From assembly GCA_964618995.1 (NCBI GenBank), contig CAZUBQ010000001.1, positions 83,632 through 147,631 on the forward strand: a stretch of DNA of 64,000 nucleotides. Direction: 5' to 3'. The notes below the pieces were generated by a model that saw only the letters and a list, made by a program, of their open reading frames with translations, was not told the DNA's origin and made no database searches. The translations under genes were made by a program, and so were the position numbers. Below, piece by piece: positions 37,757-48,481 of the stretch. The stretch is from an uncultured Candidatus Poseidoniales archaeon (GTDB taxonomy: Archaea > Thermoplasmatota > Poseidoniia > Poseidoniales > Thalassarchaeaceae). How positions within the stretch are numbered: the stretch's first letter is position 1; each line of letters opens with the position of its first letter.

Positions 37757-38068
37757 TCACGCCCATCCGACGCCGTCATTACTCCAGCGTGCAACCGAGA
37801 TGACATCGGGGTCTCCTTCCCGTTCTGTCAGCAGTGGTGATGCTATCGCTACAGGCGGCATCGTCAGCTCCTGTAATGCGCCCGTTGGACACGAGCCGAT
37901 GCATGATAGACAGCCAACGCAATTGGCGTTCAACACTACGACGGCCCGCTTGTTCCGATGTGGAGCGCATTCAGTCAGCGGGAGCAGCGCCTCGAACGGG
38001 CAGTGGGTAATGCACAGGTCACACCCCGTGCAGTCCGGCTCGATGATCTCGACCATCGCTTGGCCCAT
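37757..38068 (-). CDS. 2x[4Fe-4S] ferredoxin
   Basis: CTGCDLCITHCP and CVGCLSCIGSCP. Confidence 0.7.
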   Translation of the reverse strand: MGQAMVEIIEPDCTGCDLCITHCPFEALLPLTECAPHRNKRAVVVLNANCVGCLSCIGSCPTGALQELTMPPVAIASPLLTEREGDPDVISVARWSNDGVGWA

Positions 38069-38162
38069 TGAAGAACGGGAGCAGGTGGCCCCTCTTGACG
38101 GTGGCTACGGCAAAGGGTTGAGAACCGGGTGTGGTTGGAGTGTGCCCAAGGTGGTCTGTTTC

Positions 38163-39884
38163 ATGGAAGAGGACAGAAGTCGCAATCTTCTCTCTCTGCT
38201 CAAACGGCGTGGCATCATCTTCCCCGCGTTCGAGGTTCACGGCGGGGTATCCGGATTGTTCGATTACGGCCCAGTGGGGGGCAGATTGCTCAGGAAGGTG
38301 CAGCAGGCCTGGATCGACCATTTCCTGCGACTGGGGAACATCGTAGTAATCGATTCACCCACCCTGACCCCACATTCCGTGCTCGAGGCGAGTGGCCACG
38401 TAGGCGCGTTCAACGACCATGCCTCGGAATGTGCTGCCTGCAACGCTGTCTTCCGCAGCGACCATCTGCTTGAGACCCACCACTCCAACCCTGACTCACT
38501 CGCGGCGGCAGAACTCGATGGACTTCTATCCGACCATCAGGTTCCTTGCCCCTCATGCGGTGAGCATAACTGGCAGGGCGCCCGCCCTCTGAACTTGATG
38601 TTCTCTACGAGAATCGGCGCCACTGGGGGCGGTCGACAGGCGTACATGCGCCCGGAGACCGCTCAGGGGATGTTCCTCACCTTCCCGTACCTATACCGCC
38701 ATTTCCGTAGCCACCTTCCGTTCGGTGCCGTTCAAGTCGGTAAGGGATACCGTAACGAGATCAGCCCTCGCCAGGGGATGATACGCCAACGGGAATTCAA
38801 TATGGCTGAACTTGAGTATTTCATCGACCCTGCGGCACCACTCGACCTCGACCTATCAAGTTGGAACGACCGCCCATTCAACCTCGTCCCTGACCCACAG
38901 GGCCCGGCCCCTGAACCGAGCCAACTGACAATCGCAGATGCGGTTGCTACTGGGGTTGTTCGCCACGCTACCGTCGGCCTGTTCATGGCGCTGACACACG
39001 ACTTCCTCGTCGCTGTTGGCTGCGACCCGAAGCGGATTCGGTTCCGACAGCACGAAGGCGACGAGATGGCGCATTATGCCAGTGACTGCTGGGACTGTGA
39101 ACTGCATGGCTCTTACGGATGGGTCGAGACAGTCGGCATCGCCCACCGTGGCTGCTACGACCTCGAAGCGCATGAACTGGCGACTGGTAACAAGGAACTG
39201 CGTGCCTGGCGTGAGTTCAATGAACCGCAGACCGTTGTCAAGGATGTCCTAGCTCCGGTTGGTGGTGTGATCGGACCAGCCTTCCGTGACCGAGCGCGTC
39301 AGGTCAACGAGGCTTTGGCTGCCTTGGAACAACTTCCAGAATCACTCCCATTCGAACTGACACTGGCGGGTGGGGAGATAGTCACCATCGAAGAGAACAT
39401 GGTCGAGGCCAGGAGAGTCGAGGAGGTCGCTCGCGGTGAGTGGTTCATTCCGCATGTCATCGAACCGGCGTTCGGCATGGATCGCATCATCTGGCACATC
39501 GTCGACCACGCACACGAGGAGACCGAGAAAGAGGGTGAACCCTACGTCATCCTGCACCTTGCCGAAGGCGTAGCTCCGTACGATGTCAGCGTGCTGCCGC
39601 TATTCGAGAAGGATGGAATGGGAGAGATAGCGCGCGCGCTTAACCACAGAATCCTCGAAATTCCCGGCATCCAATCACAATACGACTCATCGCAGTCCAT
39701 CGGTCGACGCTATGCTCGCGCGGATGAAATCGGCACCCCGTGGTCCGTCACCGTCGACCATACCTCACTCGAGGATGGAACTGTCACGGTACGGCGCCGC
39801 GACGACCAACAACAGATTCGAGTAGGACAAGATGACCTGTGCGAACATATCGCCCGCGGAAGCGTCTCCTCACTGTTCAGTTGA
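38163..39884 (+). CDS. glyS: Glycyl-tRNA synthetase (archaeal/eukaryotic alpha2 type)
   Basis: LLKRRGIIFPAFEVHGGVSGLFDYGPVG N-terminus, class II motifs, insertion Zn-binding CPSCG. ATG at 38163. The track's 245-aa N-terminal extension overlaps the ferredoxin gene and was rejected. Confidence 0.9.
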   Translation: MEEDRSRNLLSLLKRRGIIFPAFEVHGGVSGLFDYGPVGGRLLRKVQQAWIDHFLRLGNIVVIDSPTLTPHSVLEASGHVGAFNDHASECAACNAVFRSDHLLETHHSNPDSLAAAELDGLLSDHQVPCPSCGEHNWQGARPLNLMFSTRIGATGGGRQAYMRPETAQGMFLTFPYLYRHFRSHLPFGAVQVGKGYRNEISPRQGMIRQREFNMAELEYFIDPAAPLDLDLSSWNDRPFNLVPDPQGPAPEPSQLTIADAVATGVVRHATVGLFMALTHDFLVAVGCDPKRIRFRQHEGDEMAHYASDCWDCELHGSYGWVETVGIAHRGCYDLEAHELATGNKELRAWREFNEPQTVVKDVLAPVGGVIGPAFRDRARQVNEALAALEQLPESLPFELTLAGGEIVTIEENMVEARRVEEVARGEWFIPHVIEPAFGMDRIIWHIVDHAHEETEKEGEPYVILHLAEGVAPYDVSVLPLFEKDGMGEIARALNHRILEIPGIQSQYDSSQSIGRRYARADEIGTPWSVTVDHTSLEDGTVTVRRRDDQQQIRVGQDDLCEHIARGSVSSLFS

Positions 39885-39940
39885 CGGAGTCTTCTCCATT
39901 CCGGGATGAAGGTTCAAGAGGCGTCGCTCGCCGATGGTGC

Positions 39941-41482
39941 ATGATGGCGTCGCAGAATGAGGATACTATCGCAGATTGGTGCGAGCGCTATCGACCTCAG
40001 ACAGAATCTGAACTTGAGGGGAACGACGCCGCGCGCAAGCGCATTCGCTCTTGGCTGCAGTTGTGGACGCGTGGCACCCCCGACCAGAGGGGTTTGCTGC
40101 TCACCGGTCCGCCAGGGGTCGGAAAGACGAGCATAGTTCGAGCGATTGCCAACGACCTCGGTTGGGACGTCATAGAGTTGAACGCCTCTGATGCGCGCAA
40201 CGCAGCGGCGATTCGCACGGCAGCAACATCCGGAGCCACTCACTACACCTTCGGCATGGACGGTTCCTTCAGCAGAGATGCCAGCCAGCGCACTCTGATA
40301 CTACTCGATGAGGTGGACCACCTTCAAGGGACTTTCAGAGCGACGAGCGAGAAGCGAATCGACAGCACTCTCGCCGCCAGCAGAGGTGCTGATGATGCCA
40401 AGAACGTCCTCACCGGGGATACTGGAGGCAAGGCGGAACTGATGCGGTTGCTGAAGGTCGCCGAGCAGCCTGTCATCATGACCTGCAACGACGAAATGCG
40501 CCTGTGGGGGGCTGGCCAGTACTGGCGCTCTGCCCGTGACAGATTCAACGCGCTCGCCAGTGTCATCCAGTTTCGCCGAGCGACTGACACTGCCATGCGC
40601 CGAATCACGCGCCGTGTCCTCGACGAAGAGGGGGCCAGCGCCGACGGGGTTGCCATCGACCGATTGTTGCAGTCGAATCCCGGTGATCTGCGAGCGCTCA
40701 TCCGTGACTTGCAGATGATTATCGAGAGTGGTGTCGAGAACATCGACATGGCAGCTGTTGAACTGCAGTTAGCGCGCGGATTGCGTGACCAGCAGATCGA
40801 CTTGTTTCCTGGATTGGAGCAACTCTATCGCACGAACTCTGCCGCTGAATCTAGTCGTATCGGCCGCGAACTGGAGAAGACACCTCCCGAACTGGTAGCG
40901 TGGGTCTCTTGGAACAACGGCTCGGTACTACCTGACGGCGAATCGCGGGCGAGGGCTGCAGAAGCGCTCACAACTGCTGATCAAGCGCTGGCGGTGCTCT
41001 ACGAGAATAATGCCTTCCGCAGTTGGTACTGGGCAGGAGACATCGCCGCTCTGTCAGCCAGCGTGGTGTCTCATGCTCAACCTGATGGACGCATCTCGCT
41101 CTCCTTCCCTGAGTTTCTTCGTAGGGGCAACGAGCCATGGAGACGTACCGGACTGATCGAGGCTCTGTCGGGATGCTCTGGCTCCAGCAAGCAGGCCGCG
41201 CGCGAGGAACTCTGGCCTCAACTGGCCGCCATTCACGACGAGGGTGATGGTCTAGATGCGAACGACTTCTCACTCAACATCGCGCTAGGCCTCGATGCAG
41301 ATAGCCACCTTCTGCTACATGGGTTACCAACAAACCGAGTTGCCTCAAAGCGAATCGCTGAAGCCTACACTGAAGCGCAGGACAGACCGGTTGACGATGT
41401 GCAAGAGTTCGATGTCCCAGAGGTAGATTCCTCGGATGATGACGAGCCTCCCGCCGGTCAGAAGCGCCTCGACCTGTTCTGA
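39941..41482 (+). CDS. rfcL: Replication factor C large subunit
   Basis: WCERYRP...L.GN, GPPGVGKTS, DEVD(H) box, sensor motifs, C-terminal acidic tail. Confidence 0.8.
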   Translation: MMASQNEDTIADWCERYRPQTESELEGNDAARKRIRSWLQLWTRGTPDQRGLLLTGPPGVGKTSIVRAIANDLGWDVIELNASDARNAAAIRTAATSGATHYTFGMDGSFSRDASQRTLILLDEVDHLQGTFRATSEKRIDSTLAASRGADDAKNVLTGDTGGKAELMRLLKVAEQPVIMTCNDEMRLWGAGQYWRSARDRFNALASVIQFRRATDTAMRRITRRVLDEEGASADGVAIDRLLQSNPGDLRALIRDLQMIIESGVENIDMAAVELQLARGLRDQQIDLFPGLEQLYRTNSAAESSRIGRELEKTPPELVAWVSWNNGSVLPDGESRARAAEALTTADQALAVLYENNAFRSWYWAGDIAALSASVVSHAQPDGRISLSFPEFLRRGNEPWRRTGLIEALSGCSGSSKQAAREELWPQLAAIHDEGDGLDANDFSLNIALGLDADSHLLLHGLPTNRVASKRIAEAYTEAQDRPVDDVQEFDVPEVDSSDDDEPPAGQKRLDLF

Positions 41483-41484
41483 TC

Positions 41485-43044
41485 TCATTTCTTCCAGACT
41501 CGAGGAGTCAGCAGCACGATCACAGTAAGCAGTTCCAGACGTCCCAGCCACATCATCAATGAGGTGATGATCATCGAACTCCAATGCAGACTGGCCCAGG
41601 TCTGGGTCGGCCCGAACGCACCGAGTGTAGGTCCGGTGTTACCTAGTGACGACACAACGATGCCGATGAGCGACTCAAGATCAAGGTTGTATTCGATGAA
41701 CGAAAGAAGCAGCAACCCTGCCATTGCGATGACCGCCCACCACGACAACATCCCGACGATAATCCATAATTTGTCATCCTCGACCACCTCTCCGTCCATT
41801 CTCACCAGGTGCACCTTGCGCGGGGATGAGATGCGGGAGATCTCTCTCCTAGCCAGTTGAAACGCTATGCGCAATCGCAGTATCTTCAGCCCACCACTGG
41901 TCGAGCCTGCGCACGCCCCGACTATCATAAGCAACAGAAGTATCACCTTGGAGAGAATCGGCCAGGCGGCGAAATCAGCCGTCGCGTATCCAGTCGAGGT
42001 GCCAATCGAAACTGCCTGGAAGGCTGCGAGCCTGAATGAATCCACTGACCTTACATCAGCCGCCATGATCAGATTGACCGTCATGACTGTCCACGCCCCG
42101 AGCAACACCAGCAGGTAGACCTGTAGTTCGTTGTTGGTAACCACATTGAACCACTCCTTCAACCAGAGGAAGTGGTAGAGGGTGAAGTTGATGCCAGTGG
42201 CGACCATGAAGAAGATGATGATCCACTCGACAGTGGGACTCTGGAAATGCATGATGCCGGCATCGTATGTGCTGAAGCCTCCGCTGGGCATCGTGGTGAA
42301 CCCATGGTTCACTGAATCGAACCAACTGAGCCCACCCACGAATCTCAGCAGTAGCATCTCGGCGAGAGTCAGCACGATGTAAATCGTCCAGAGGATCTTG
42401 GCAGTCTCCGCAAGGCGGGGGCGCAGTCGGGAGAGCGACGGGCCCGTGAGTTCCGCTCTGGCGACACTCATTCCGCCGCCTAGATAGCGCGATAGGATCA
42501 GAATCCCGAGCATGATGATACCCATGCCCCCGAGCCATTGCGTCAGGCTACGCCATAGCAACAAACTGCGCGGTTGCGCTGCGATGCAGTCGCTGACAGC
42601 AGCAGTGCAAATCGGACTGGTGTCCCCATCGATGACAGTCGCTCCCGTCGTCGTGAAACCGGACATCGACTCGAACCATGCGTGAACATAACCCACAGCC
42701 ATGGTCGACAAATCGACGTCCCCCGCAAGGAGTGCGAAGGGGCCGTGGAACATTCCACCCAACCAGTACGGCAGCGCGCCGATGGCGACAACCACCGGCC
42801 AACCCAATGCGACAGCAGCGAATGCTTCACGATCGCGCAGTCGCTCATCAGTGTCCTCGCGCGTGCCCCAGCGTTTGAGCAGGAACCCCAGAACACACGA
42901 GAGCAGCAGAGGGGGTAGGAATGCGCGGCTGGCGAAATCCATTCCATCGCCTAGAATGAGTGTTGAAAGCCCGACAACAGTCAGTGGGATGCAGAGTAGA
43001 ATCAGTGTCCAGCCTACCACTAAGCTGAGAATATCCTTGCGCAT
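41485..43044 (-). CDS. trkH: TrkH/KtrB-family K+ transporter membrane subunit
   Basis: Multiple M-P-M repeats with GGxG-like selectivity sequences. 519 aa. Confidence 0.85.
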   Translation of the reverse strand: MRKDILSLVVGWTLILLCIPLTVVGLSTLILGDGMDFASRAFLPPLLLSCVLGFLLKRWGTREDTDERLRDREAFAAVALGWPVVVAIGALPYWLGGMFHGPFALLAGDVDLSTMAVGYVHAWFESMSGFTTTGATVIDGDTSPICTAAVSDCIAAQPRSLLLWRSLTQWLGGMGIIMLGILILSRYLGGGMSVARAELTGPSLSRLRPRLAETAKILWTIYIVLTLAEMLLLRFVGGLSWFDSVNHGFTTMPSGGFSTYDAGIMHFQSPTVEWIIIFFMVATGINFTLYHFLWLKEWFNVVTNNELQVYLLVLLGAWTVMTVNLIMAADVRSVDSFRLAAFQAVSIGTSTGYATADFAAWPILSKVILLLLMIVGACAGSTSGGLKILRLRIAFQLARREISRISSPRKVHLVRMDGEVVEDDKLWIIVGMLSWWAVIAMAGLLLLSFIEYNLDLESLIGIVVSSLGNTGPTLGAFGPTQTWASLHWSSMIITSLMMWLGRLELLTVIVLLTPRVWKK

Positions 43045-43048
43045 TGGC

Positions 43049-44476
43049 TCAACTCCGCTTCATCAGGTCGGCCTCGACCTGATCGACGCCTGTGAGCAGC
43101 ACGAACAACAACAGATTGTCGCCTTCCATGAACACCTTGTCCGATGATGCGCGCAACTTGGTCTTGGAATCGCCCCTGCCTGTTCGCTCTATGAACGCCA
43201 CGCGGCACTTCCCTCCTCTTCCTTCCAACGACGACACCGGCTTTCCTATCAGCGCGCTGTTTGGGGAAACGACCGCTGTCATACCCACCAGATCTGGGAT
43301 ACTGGCCAGGAGGTGGTATGTGCCAGGAACTCGGCTGTGCACATACTGCAGAATCGAGTCGATCGCAACCCTGCGGCGACTGACTGCGTAAGTTCGTCCG
43401 ATACGTTTGACCATCAGGGCGAGATCGCTGTCGTCGAGTACCAATCCTGAGCGCTGCACGCCCAGTTCGCTCGCCTGCATGGCAACCGCGATGTTTGCAT
43501 GGTCGTCATCGAGCACGGCTATCGAGATGTCGTGGCCGCCCAGTTCTAACTCGTTGAGTAGGTCAACATCCTGCAGGTCGCCGTGCATGACGTCGATGTC
43601 CTTCTCGTTGCCAATCTCACTGCCAGCGAGTTGGTTGGCCTCCTCTAGACTCGGGCTGAGCACCGTGACTGAAGCGCCTTCGTCCAGGTATGACTTCGCT
43701 AGACGCTTTCCCAGACGTGTCGCACCGAAGATGGCTACTCGTGGATGTTCGGGGTACTCCGGCTCCTCATGACCTGCTGCCTGCACGATGCGGCGGAAGG
43801 TGTGCTGACCGACAGTTGCGAATGCCAGACGGTCACCCGCTTCGATTTGGGTTGTTTCGTCTGGAACCAATGTTCCGGAATCCTTGCGAGCAAGAGCAAA
43901 CACGCGTGGCAATCCGTCGATGGTAGCTTCCGCCTCACCGAGAGTCTTGTGCACCAGTCGATCCGCTCCGGGATGCACTTCCACCTCGGCTATCCATGCG
44001 TCGTTTCCCAGCGATAGTACCTCGCTCATGGCGGCAGCCTTCAATCCAGCCTTCAGGTCGTCGACCAACCTGATGTCGGGGCAGACGGCGTGGTCGGTTC
44101 CTGTCCAACGTCGTAGCCGGCCGTCTTCGGTCTCCTTCTCAACAAGTTCGCTGTCGTTGATGCGAGCAATCGTCATCAGGCTGCGGCCTGAATCGCCATT
44201 CGCTTCCTCGAACAAGTCACGAGCCAATCCACATGCTAGCAGATTCATTTCATCTCGCGCTGTTGCTGCGATGAACACCTCGGCGTCACGAACTTTCGCC
44301 TCCTCGAGATCCTCGCGCCGCGAAGCATCTCCTTGCAGTACGAGTACATCGAGAGCCTGAGCCTCTTTGAGAGCATGGGTATCGTTGTCGATGAGCACGA
44401 CATCCCTGCCTTCGCTGCGCAACGCCTTGGCCACCCCGCGACCTACTTCGCCGGCCCCTCCGATCACTATGCGCAT
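43049..44476 (-). CDS. trkA: TrkA K+ uptake regulatory subunit (tandem RCK/NAD-binding domains)
   Basis: Two Rossmann GxGxxG motifs (VIGGAGEVGRGVA; IFGATRLGKRLA). Confidence 0.85.
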   Translation of the reverse strand: MRIVIGGAGEVGRGVAKALRSEGRDVVLIDNDTHALKEAQALDVLVLQGDASRREDLEEAKVRDAEVFIAATARDEMNLLACGLARDLFEEANGDSGRSLMTIARINDSELVEKETEDGRLRRWTGTDHAVCPDIRLVDDLKAGLKAAAMSEVLSLGNDAWIAEVEVHPGADRLVHKTLGEAEATIDGLPRVFALARKDSGTLVPDETTQIEAGDRLAFATVGQHTFRRIVQAAGHEEPEYPEHPRVAIFGATRLGKRLAKSYLDEGASVTVLSPSLEEANQLAGSEIGNEKDIDVMHGDLQDVDLLNELELGGHDISIAVLDDDHANIAVAMQASELGVQRSGLVLDDSDLALMVKRIGRTYAVSRRRVAIDSILQYVHSRVPGTYHLLASIPDLVGMTAVVSPNSALIGKPVSSLEGRGGKCRVAFIERTGRGDSKTKLRASSDKVFMEGDNLLLFVLLTGVDQVEADLMKRS

Positions 44477-44527
44477 TCTGACAACCCCGGTTGATTCGCC
44501 GCCTTCCGTCTCCCTTTTCAGCATTAA

Positions 44528-46093
44528 CTACAGCAAGTCGAGTCTCACCTTGTATGTTCCACCGCTGTGTACTGGTCCCGCGACAGTGTCCCATGACATG
44601 TTCCATTGGAACTGGTTGGCGTTTAAGTTCAGTGGTCTATAGAATTCACCAGCCGCTCCCCCCTCGTTGCTGGCAGGCTCGATCCACTCAGTGAAGGCGG
44701 TCGGGGTGTGCAACAACCACTTGTTGTTCACCACATCCACCGACGCCTCGAGGTAACAGGTCTCGAGCTTGATCGACTTCGCCGCGCACCATCCCGAGTC
44801 GTACGGGATGAGCACATTGGACCAGGCGTGTGGTTCCCACTTGGTGTGCTCCATGTCCGTAAGGGCTCCGAACTCGTACCATGCGGGAATGTTTCGCGCC
44901 CTGAGAATGCTCATCCAGGCGTTGGACTGCTCGTCGCAATCACCCAGCCCATGCGCAAGACAGGTGGGGCCACTGCGAGGTGGGTTGGCAAGGCCATAGG
45001 AATACTGCACGTTATCGCGCACATACTCAAACGCGGCATGAGCGAAGGCGAATACATTCTGCTGCTGGTCGGAAGGGAGCGAGGCTGTGATCTGATCCGC
45101 AGCCGCTGTGACCAGCGAATGCTGTCCGTCTATCGCCCAATCAGGCCAATTAGGGTCGAACGAGCGATCGTACCATTGAGGAACATCGCCAATGAGGTTG
45201 GTCGTCGAGCCGACCCACCCGGGGCGGTACAGATCATCGAAATCACCAGAGCTGTCCACGTTCATGGCGAATCCCTTCCCTGAAACGACGTTGTCCACGC
45301 TGCCGTCGAGCCACCAGGTGTACGAATGTGCCAGCACGACGTAGCGAATGACGAGTTGCACACTGCTCCGCGCCGGCATCGTCCCTGACCATACGATGCA
45401 GCGCATGAACTCGCAACGTTCCTCACCCTGTCCCGGAACGGGCCAGTAGACAGTTGTCATCCCATCGCCGAGGTCGATGGCATCCTCTTGCTCAAGATGC
45501 GAACTGGTCAACAGTGGCACACCTATTGTCGCTGAATTGGCACCCACTGACATCAATTTCACGACCTGCAAGGATGACGCTGGTTCCTTAGCCCCGGATT
45601 CGTAGGTGAAGGTGTCATCCCAAGTCCCACTGCTGGTCCTCTGAATAGGGATGGGCACGCGATAGGTGAATTCGCGGTCGGAGAAGTCGTAGTTGTCCAA
45701 GCGTACCGTCCTCTCGAGTGTGTAACTCGTGGTGACCGGATACTCATGGTACGGTCCAACCTGATCCCATAATTCCCCCAGCCAGTGATCGAGCTGTCGT
45801 CTCAACTGGTCCTGAGCCGGAGTGAACAGGAATACGAAGGCGATAACGACCACGATGACGATCTTTCGGTATTGCTTGCTACCGCGCTTCCTACTGCGCC
45901 GCATCGCCTTCCCACTGGAGACTCGATATCCAGGAGTCGCCCGGGATCTCGGGGGGGCCGTGCCGGTCCTGCTCGATGGACGTGGTGTGACGCGCGCTGG
46001 CAATCCCTGACTACCCTCAACGAACCTGCCACAGGTGTAGCACAGAGGTTGACCCTCAACTATCCCAGCGAGGCAGTAGGGGCAGCGAGTCAT
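44528..46093 (-). CDS. Membrane-anchored transglutaminase-like cysteine protease-domain protein with N-terminal zinc ribbon
   Basis: CPYC...CYTC ribbon, basic linker, 1 TM. Extracytoplasmic domain carries CLAHGLGDCDEQSNAWMSILRARNIPAWYEFG, the TGase-core Cys motif. Confidence 0.6.
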   Translation of the reverse strand: MTRCPYCLAGIVEGQPLCYTCGRFVEGSQGLPARVTPRPSSRTGTAPPRSRATPGYRVSSGKAMRRSRKRGSKQYRKIVIVVVIAFVFLFTPAQDQLRRQLDHWLGELWDQVGPYHEYPVTTSYTLERTVRLDNYDFSDREFTYRVPIPIQRTSSGTWDDTFTYESGAKEPASSLQVVKLMSVGANSATIGVPLLTSSHLEQEDAIDLGDGMTTVYWPVPGQGEERCEFMRCIVWSGTMPARSSVQLVIRYVVLAHSYTWWLDGSVDNVVSGKGFAMNVDSSGDFDDLYRPGWVGSTTNLIGDVPQWYDRSFDPNWPDWAIDGQHSLVTAAADQITASLPSDQQQNVFAFAHAAFEYVRDNVQYSYGLANPPRSGPTCLAHGLGDCDEQSNAWMSILRARNIPAWYEFGALTDMEHTKWEPHAWSNVLIPYDSGWCAAKSIKLETCYLEASVDVVNNKWLLHTPTAFTEWIEPASNEGGAAGEFYRPLNLNANQFQWNMSWDTVAGPVHSGGTYKVRLDLL

Positions 46094-46163
46094 CACTGAG
46101 ATACCCTCACCAGCGCCCCATAACGGTTCCCCAACGCGTATTCGTGAAACGATAGGCAGGGGG

Positions 46164-46985
46164 TCATTCCTCTTCTGCTACCGGAATCCCACGCTCACGC
46201 TCACGCCGTTGTTTCAGTCGCCTGCCGCCCTTCCGCCGAACCCGCTCATACTCCTGCCTGAGAGCGGGAAGCAGAGCCATTGGTAGCCAGTCGTCATCTG
46301 CGCGCATCTGCCCTAGCAAGACTGCTGGGACCAGCATCAGCAGCATCGGTAGGTTGAGCACACCGTAGGCCAGCAGGAAGAGTAGCAATCCGCGAGCAAG
46401 CGCAGCCTTCCAGATGGCAGCCCATGGCCTACCGGCTAGGATGCCCGCCCCCTGCCAAGCGCCGATAATACCCTGCATCCACGGAGCGAATACCGCCAGG
46501 TAAACTCCCAACAGTATCGTAGGGGTGCCGAATCCCGAGATGATTCCTATCCAGTTCTCGTCAGCGACTCGAATCAGCAGGTAGACGACCTGCATCCCCC
46601 CTAGTCCGAGACCGAATGTCCAACCAGAGGTGGGCGCGGCGCGCAGCATCTTGACGCGCTCGCGCGTGAGCAGCAGATGGACGGCACCGGTCTGAGACAG
46701 ACCGATGAACATCAGCAGCACCACCGATTCCACAGGTACTGCCCTGACGGCGAGCATCGGTTGGATGAACAGGCTGTCGACGAACCAAGCGGACAGTCCA
46801 CCGATGGCGATTCCCCAGGCGAGATGAATCGTGGCATTGGGCATGTCGTAGAATCCGACCATCCGCCGCATCCCGCCGCGCCAACCTACGAAGATGCCCA
46901 CCAATCCGATTAGCGTGAGCGCCTGAGCATGCCACATCGTGGGCAGGGGTGTGGCCATCGAGGCTCGGACCTGAGCGCCTCTCAT
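46164..46985 (-). CDS. Hypothetical polytopic membrane protein with basic C-terminal tail
   Basis: ~7 TM; C-terminal RRKGGRRLKQRRERERG. No family recognised. Confidence 0.4.
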   Translation of the reverse strand: MRGAQVRASMATPLPTMWHAQALTLIGLVGIFVGWRGGMRRMVGFYDMPNATIHLAWGIAIGGLSAWFVDSLFIQPMLAVRAVPVESVVLLMFIGLSQTGAVHLLLTRERVKMLRAAPTSGWTFGLGLGGMQVVYLLIRVADENWIGIISGFGTPTILLGVYLAVFAPWMQGIIGAWQGAGILAGRPWAAIWKAALARGLLLFLLAYGVLNLPMLLMLVPAVLLGQMRADDDWLPMALLPALRQEYERVRRKGGRRLKQRRERERGIPVAEEE

Positions 46986-47076
46986 GTATACTTCCCAGTC
47001 CCTGAGAACGGAACACCGTGTCTGAAAGGCCGACGGGTTGAAGGCTGACCCTTGTCAGCGGCGGATGAGGATAGAG

Positions 47077-48429
47077 ATGGCACTCGATGGACTGCGCTCA
47101 GGCATCTTCGGCGCGTTGTCAGCACTGAAGGGTAAGCGTAAGCTCGACGAGGGTGAACTCTCTGACATGGTGCGCAGTATCAAGAAATCACTGCTCGAAG
47201 CCGATTTCAACGTCCGCCAGACGAAGGAGATCTCCGAGAGACTTGAGCAGCGAATGCGCGACGAGGAACCGCGGCCGGGCATCACACTGCAGACCCACGC
47301 GCTGAACATCCTCTACACTGAACTCGTGCGCATTCTCGGAAAACCAAGGGAGATTCATCCACACGGACAGACGATTCTGATGGTGGGACTCTATGGTCAA
47401 GGTAAGACGACCACCACCGCCAAACTCGCTGAGTGGTGGCGCAGACGACACGGCATGAAAGTCGCAGTCATTGAGGCCGATTCACACCGACCGGGCGCGT
47501 ATGCTCAACTACAGCAACTGCTAGCCGACACACCAACAACGGTGTACGGGGAGCCTGACGAGAAAGATGCGCTGACCATTGTACGCAACGGAATCGCTGC
47601 AGTAGGTGACGCGGATCTGGTCATCATCGACACCGCCGGCCGAGACCGGCTCGACGACGAGTTGCAGATTGAACTCGAGAACATCCACAAGGTGGCCAAC
47701 GCCACCGAGCGCTTCCTCGTCATCGACGCGCAGGTCGGTCAAGCTGCCGGACCAGTCGCCGCCAATTTCCACGACTTAGTGGACATCAGCGGTGTCATCG
47801 TAACCAAACTCGACGGCACGGCGCGTGGTGGTGGTGCGCTGTCGACAGTGGCGGCTACCGGCGCGCCGATCGTGTTCATTGGCGAAGGTGAGAAGGTCGG
47901 CGACCTGGAGTTGTTCGAATCGAACCGCTTCATATCACGGCTTCTCGGGATGGGCGACATTCAGGGACTGATTGACCTCGCTCCCGAAGATCTCGATGCT
48001 GAAGAGGCGCAACGCATCGCTGAGCGGCTGATGTCAGGCCGCTTCAGCCTACACGACATGGACCAGCAGATGGAGATGATGTCGCGAATCGGAACCGTCG
48101 ACCGCATTATGTCACACATGCCGGCGGGAATGTTCGGTCTTGGTGGAATGTCAACCAGGCAGAAGAAGGAGATGCAGACCAACCTCGATCGCTTTCGTAT
48201 CATCATGGACTCCATGACTGCCGACGAGAAGAACGAACCCACCCTGCTCAAACAGGAGCGCATCCGGAGGGTGGCGCGTGGCTCTGGTGCCACCGAGAAG
48301 GAAGTGCGCGCCCTACTGGCGCAGTGGAACAAGTCACGCAAGATGATGAAAGGAATGCGCGGTGACCGGCAGATGCGCAAGAAGATGAAGCAAATGATGG
48401 GTGACCTCGACGACTTCGACATCGCTTGA
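47077..48429 (+). CDS. ffh: Signal recognition particle protein SRP54
   Basis: [27 protein letters not shown]-domain with Met-rich C-terminus. Confidence 0.9.
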   Translation: MALDGLRSGIFGALSALKGKRKLDEGELSDMVRSIKKSLLEADFNVRQTKEISERLEQRMRDEEPRPGITLQTHALNILYTELVRILGKPREIHPHGQTILMVGLYGQGKTTTTAKLAEWWRRRHGMKVAVIEADSHRPGAYAQLQQLLADTPTTVYGEPDEKDALTIVRNGIAAVGDADLVIIDTAGRDRLDDELQIELENIHKVANATERFLVIDAQVGQAAGPVAANFHDLVDISGVIVTKLDGTARGGGALSTVAATGAPIVFIGEGEKVGDLELFESNRFISRLLGMGDIQGLIDLAPEDLDAEEAQRIAERLMSGRFSLHDMDQQMEMMSRIGTVDRIMSHMPAGMFGLGGMSTRQKKEMQTNLDRFRIIMDSMTADEKNEPTLLKQERIRRVARGSGATEKEVRALLAQWNKSRKMMKGMRGDRQMRKKMKQMMGDLDDFDIA

Positions 48430-48481
48430 GTCATCATTTCTGAGTCGAGAGGTCTATTGCCAATTATCCTGAGCGAGGTGC

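Noticed and set aside
37428-38162. 245-aa in-frame N-terminal extension of glyS in the ORF track
   Set aside because: It overlaps the well-supported ferredoxin gene on the opposite strand and has no GlyRS homology. The conserved GlyRS N-terminus begins at ATG 38163.
46986-47076. Possible SRP (7S) RNA adjacent to SRP54
   Set aside because: The 90-nt spacer is too short and lacks the conserved Alu and S-domain helices; nothing supports an RNA gene here.
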